Below, piece by piece: positions 61,924 through 64,000 of a stretch of DNA of 64,000 bases. The position numbers were made by a program, and so were the translations under genes. The stretch's first letter is position 1; each line of letters starts with the position of its first letter. Origin of the DNA: Candidatus Kerfeldbacteria bacterium RIFCSPLOWO2_02_FULL_42_19 (GTDB lineage Bacteria; Patescibacteriota; Patescibacteriia; HO2-48-17); the NCBI GenBank assembly GCA_001818315.1, contig MHKF01000012.1, forward strand, positions 23,976 through 87,975, read 5' to 3'. The notes below the pieces were generated by a model. It had not been told where the DNA came from and made no database searches. It saw only the letters and a list, made by a program, of their open reading frames with translations.

Positions 61924-63333
61924 ATGCTACAAATTTTAGAATCACTTGCTCACAAAAATATTCTTATTCTCGGTTTCGCTCGAGAAGGCGTTAGTACGTT
62001 GAAGTTTCTCAGGAAAATATTTCCTAAAAAAGTCATTGGCATTGCTGATGTTTTACCTGAATCACAACTTTCTTCTGCAGCGCGCGAGTTGCTTGCGCAA
62101 GAACAACATTTTGTGAAAACGTACTTTGGTTCAACGTATCTTTCGCAACTTTCTGATTACGATGTAATTTTTAAGGCCTCTGGGATTCCACCGAGTATGC
62201 CGGAATTGCAGCAATCTCAAAAGCAAGACGCGCGTGTGCTCTCCAATGTCTCTTTGTTTTTTGATCTTTGTCCGGGCACGATTATTGGAGTGACAGGTAC
62301 AAAGGGCAAGAGTACGACATCGGCATTGATTGCCTCTGTGCTTTCGCGAGGCCAATCAGACGTTCGACTCGCTGGGAATATCGGGATTCCACCGCTGGAA
62401 AGTCTTCAAGGCGCGACGCGCAAAACTTTGTTTGTATTAGAATTATCGAGTTTTTATCTCGCGGGGCTTGAAAAAAGTCCGCACGTTGCCGTAGTTCAAA
62501 ATATTGTCTCCGAACACGGGGATTATCATGGCAGCTTTCAAGCGTACATTAAAGCGAAATCGAAGATTGTTCGTTATCAAACAACGCAGGATATTGTGAT
62601 TTTTAATGCTGATTTTTCGTTGCCATTACAGATCGCTCTCCAGTCTTCTGCACAAAAATTTTCGTTTTCGTTCACATCTTCACAAGCTCATTGTTTTGTA
62701 GAAGATGAATTTTTTGTTTGGAATCACAACGGTAAAAAAGAGAGAATCTTTCCTTGTCGTACGATGTCACTCCTCGGGAAATTCAATCGCTATAATGTGA
62801 TGCCGGCGATTGTCCTCGGAAAACTCTTTGGTGTAACGAATCACGATATCGCTGACGCTGTATCCCATTTTCAGCCTCTCAAGCATCGTCTGAATTTCGT
62901 TGCCGATATTCAGGAGATTGATTTTTATGATGACAGTCTTTCAACGGTTCCTGAAGCCGCTATTGCAGCGTTAGAAACTTTTGCAGGACGGGATATAGTT
63001 TTGCTTGCCGGCGGTTTTGATCGTGGACAAGATTATACGCAGCTTGCGGAGAAGATTATGGAACTGCATGTGAAAGCGCTTGTACTTTTTCCAACAACAG
63101 GCGAGCGTCTCTGGGAGTGTGTGCAGCGTATAGGTAGCGGTCTGCAAAAATCACTTCCTGCGCATGTTTTTGTTTCTAACATGCAAGAAACGGTTACGCA
63201 AGCAATTGTATTTGCAGAGAGGGGTGACGTTGTGCTTCTGAGTCCTGCAGCCCCAAGTTTTGGCATGTTCCGCAATTATACAGATCGCGGTATGCAGTTT
63301 CAGGAGGCTGTAAAAATTTTAAAAAAAGTTTAA
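61924..63333 (+). CDS. murD: UDP-MurNAc-L-Ala--glutamate ligase (probably MurD2, L-Glu-adding)
   Basis: GFAREG, VTGTKGKSTT, GNIG, ELSS, HRL, DDS, LLSPAAPSF..RG. Confidence 0.92.
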   Translation: MLQILESLAHKNILILGFAREGVSTLKFLRKIFPKKVIGIADVLPESQLSSAARELLAQEQHFVKTYFGSTYLSQLSDYDVIFKASGIPPSMPELQQSQKQDARVLSNVSLFFDLCPGTIIGVTGTKGKSTTSALIASVLSRGQSDVRLAGNIGIPPLESLQGATRKTLFVLELSSFYLAGLEKSPHVAVVQNIVSEHGDYHGSFQAYIKAKSKIVRYQTTQDIVIFNADFSLPLQIALQSSAQKFSFSFTSSQAHCFVEDEFFVWNHNGKKERIFPCRTMSLLGKFNRYNVMPAIVLGKLFGVTNHDIADAVSHFQPLKHRLNFVADIQEIDFYDDSLSTVPEAAIAALETFAGRDIVLLAGGFDRGQDYTQLAEKIMELHVKALVLFPTTGERLWECVQRIGSGLQKSLPAHVFVSNMQETVTQAIVFAERGDVVLLSPAAPSFGMFRNYTDRGMQFQEAVKILKKV

Positions 63334-63522
63334 GCCCTCGTTTCGTCTGCGGCTTGCATGTGACCTCCTTATGTAGTCTGTAGAGTGTTTTGAACTCATT
63401 GTTACGGCAACGGGTTCTGTTTTGGATTTATAGATGCGTTTTGTATCTTTGTCAAATACACGGCATCGTAGAACAGCGAAAACTGTTATTTTTGCATTTA
63501 TACACGTGTGAAATTTTTGTTA

Positions 63523-64000
63523 TTATCCACGTATGAGTGCAAGAATTTCTTGTGTTTTTGCGTCGCGAAGTTCTGGGGTATCAGCTTCGAGATTCAACCG
63601 AAGTTTTGGTTCGGTGTTGGATCCGCGTACGTTGAACCAGAAGTCCGGATATTCAAAAGTTATGCCGTCGAGCGTATCGAGGCGCGCGTCTTTGAAATGT
63701 TCCTTGAGACGCACAAGAACTGCATCTTGATCGCGCACTTCAGAATTTGTTTCTTCAATCGCATAGTATTTTTGATACTTGCGGACGAGTTCAGAAAGTT
63801 TCTTCCCTGTTTGAGACAGTATTTCCAATACGATGAGCGCGGTGATGAACGCGCTATCGGCACGGAAGTTGTCGATATAATAAAAATGTCCGGAATGCTC
63901 GCCAGCAAATATCGCTCCGGTTTTTTGCATGCGTTCTTTAATGAAGGTATGACCGACGCGCTCGCGAATTGCTTGACCGCCGAGCGTCCGTATTGTTTCC
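63523..64000 (-). CDS. Phosphomannomutase/phosphoglucomutase, C-terminal part
   Basis: RVGHTFIK, GEHSGH, DGI, VRGSNTEPKLRLNLE; frame open to the window edge. Confidence 0.92.
   Translation of the reverse strand, partial: ETIRTLGGQAIRERVGHTFIKERMQKTGAIFAGEHSGHFYYIDNFRADSAFITALIVLEILSQTGKKLSELVRKYQKYYAIEETNSEVRDQDAVLVRLKEHFKDARLDTLDGITFEYPDFWFNVRGSNTEPKLRLNLEADTPELRDAKTQEILALIRG

Overview
Chromosomal segment of a bacterium using genetic code 11, most likely Patescibacteria/CPR. This assignment is inferred from the gene repertoire and order (rpoBC detached from ribosomal-protein genes, ftsK-HTH-recA, secG-SBP-rnj, FG-GAP surface proteins). Core genes are murE, rpoB, rpoC, ftsK, recA, groES-groEL with a perfect CIRCE operator, uvrA, murJ, uvrC, pcrA/uvrD, secG, rnj, mfd, trpS, murL-murD and a partial phosphomannomutase. 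They are interspersed with single accessory genes (NUDIX, M14, M23 and C39-like peptidases, lipoproteins) and large surface proteins. No CRISPR array, rRNA, tRNA, integrase, transposase or reverse transcriptase was recognised. The main non-routine signals are: (1) a modular MITE-like family with the same terminal inverted repeat around two different cargos, one a ~100-nt hairpin whose arms covary; (2) several promoter + strong Shine-Dalgarno + mini-ORF units and an unannotated 56-aa zinc-finger gene, while several core genes look leaderless or SD-less; (3) two structured intergenic regions sharing ordered motifs (candidate ncRNA); (4) a 1511-aa surface protein with a ZU5-like HFT candidate autocleavage site ahead of a C-terminal FG-GAP module shared with a second protein; (5) the MurL/MurD2 epimerase route to D-Glu in peptidoglycan. 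All calls come from reading the sequence by eye, without database searches.
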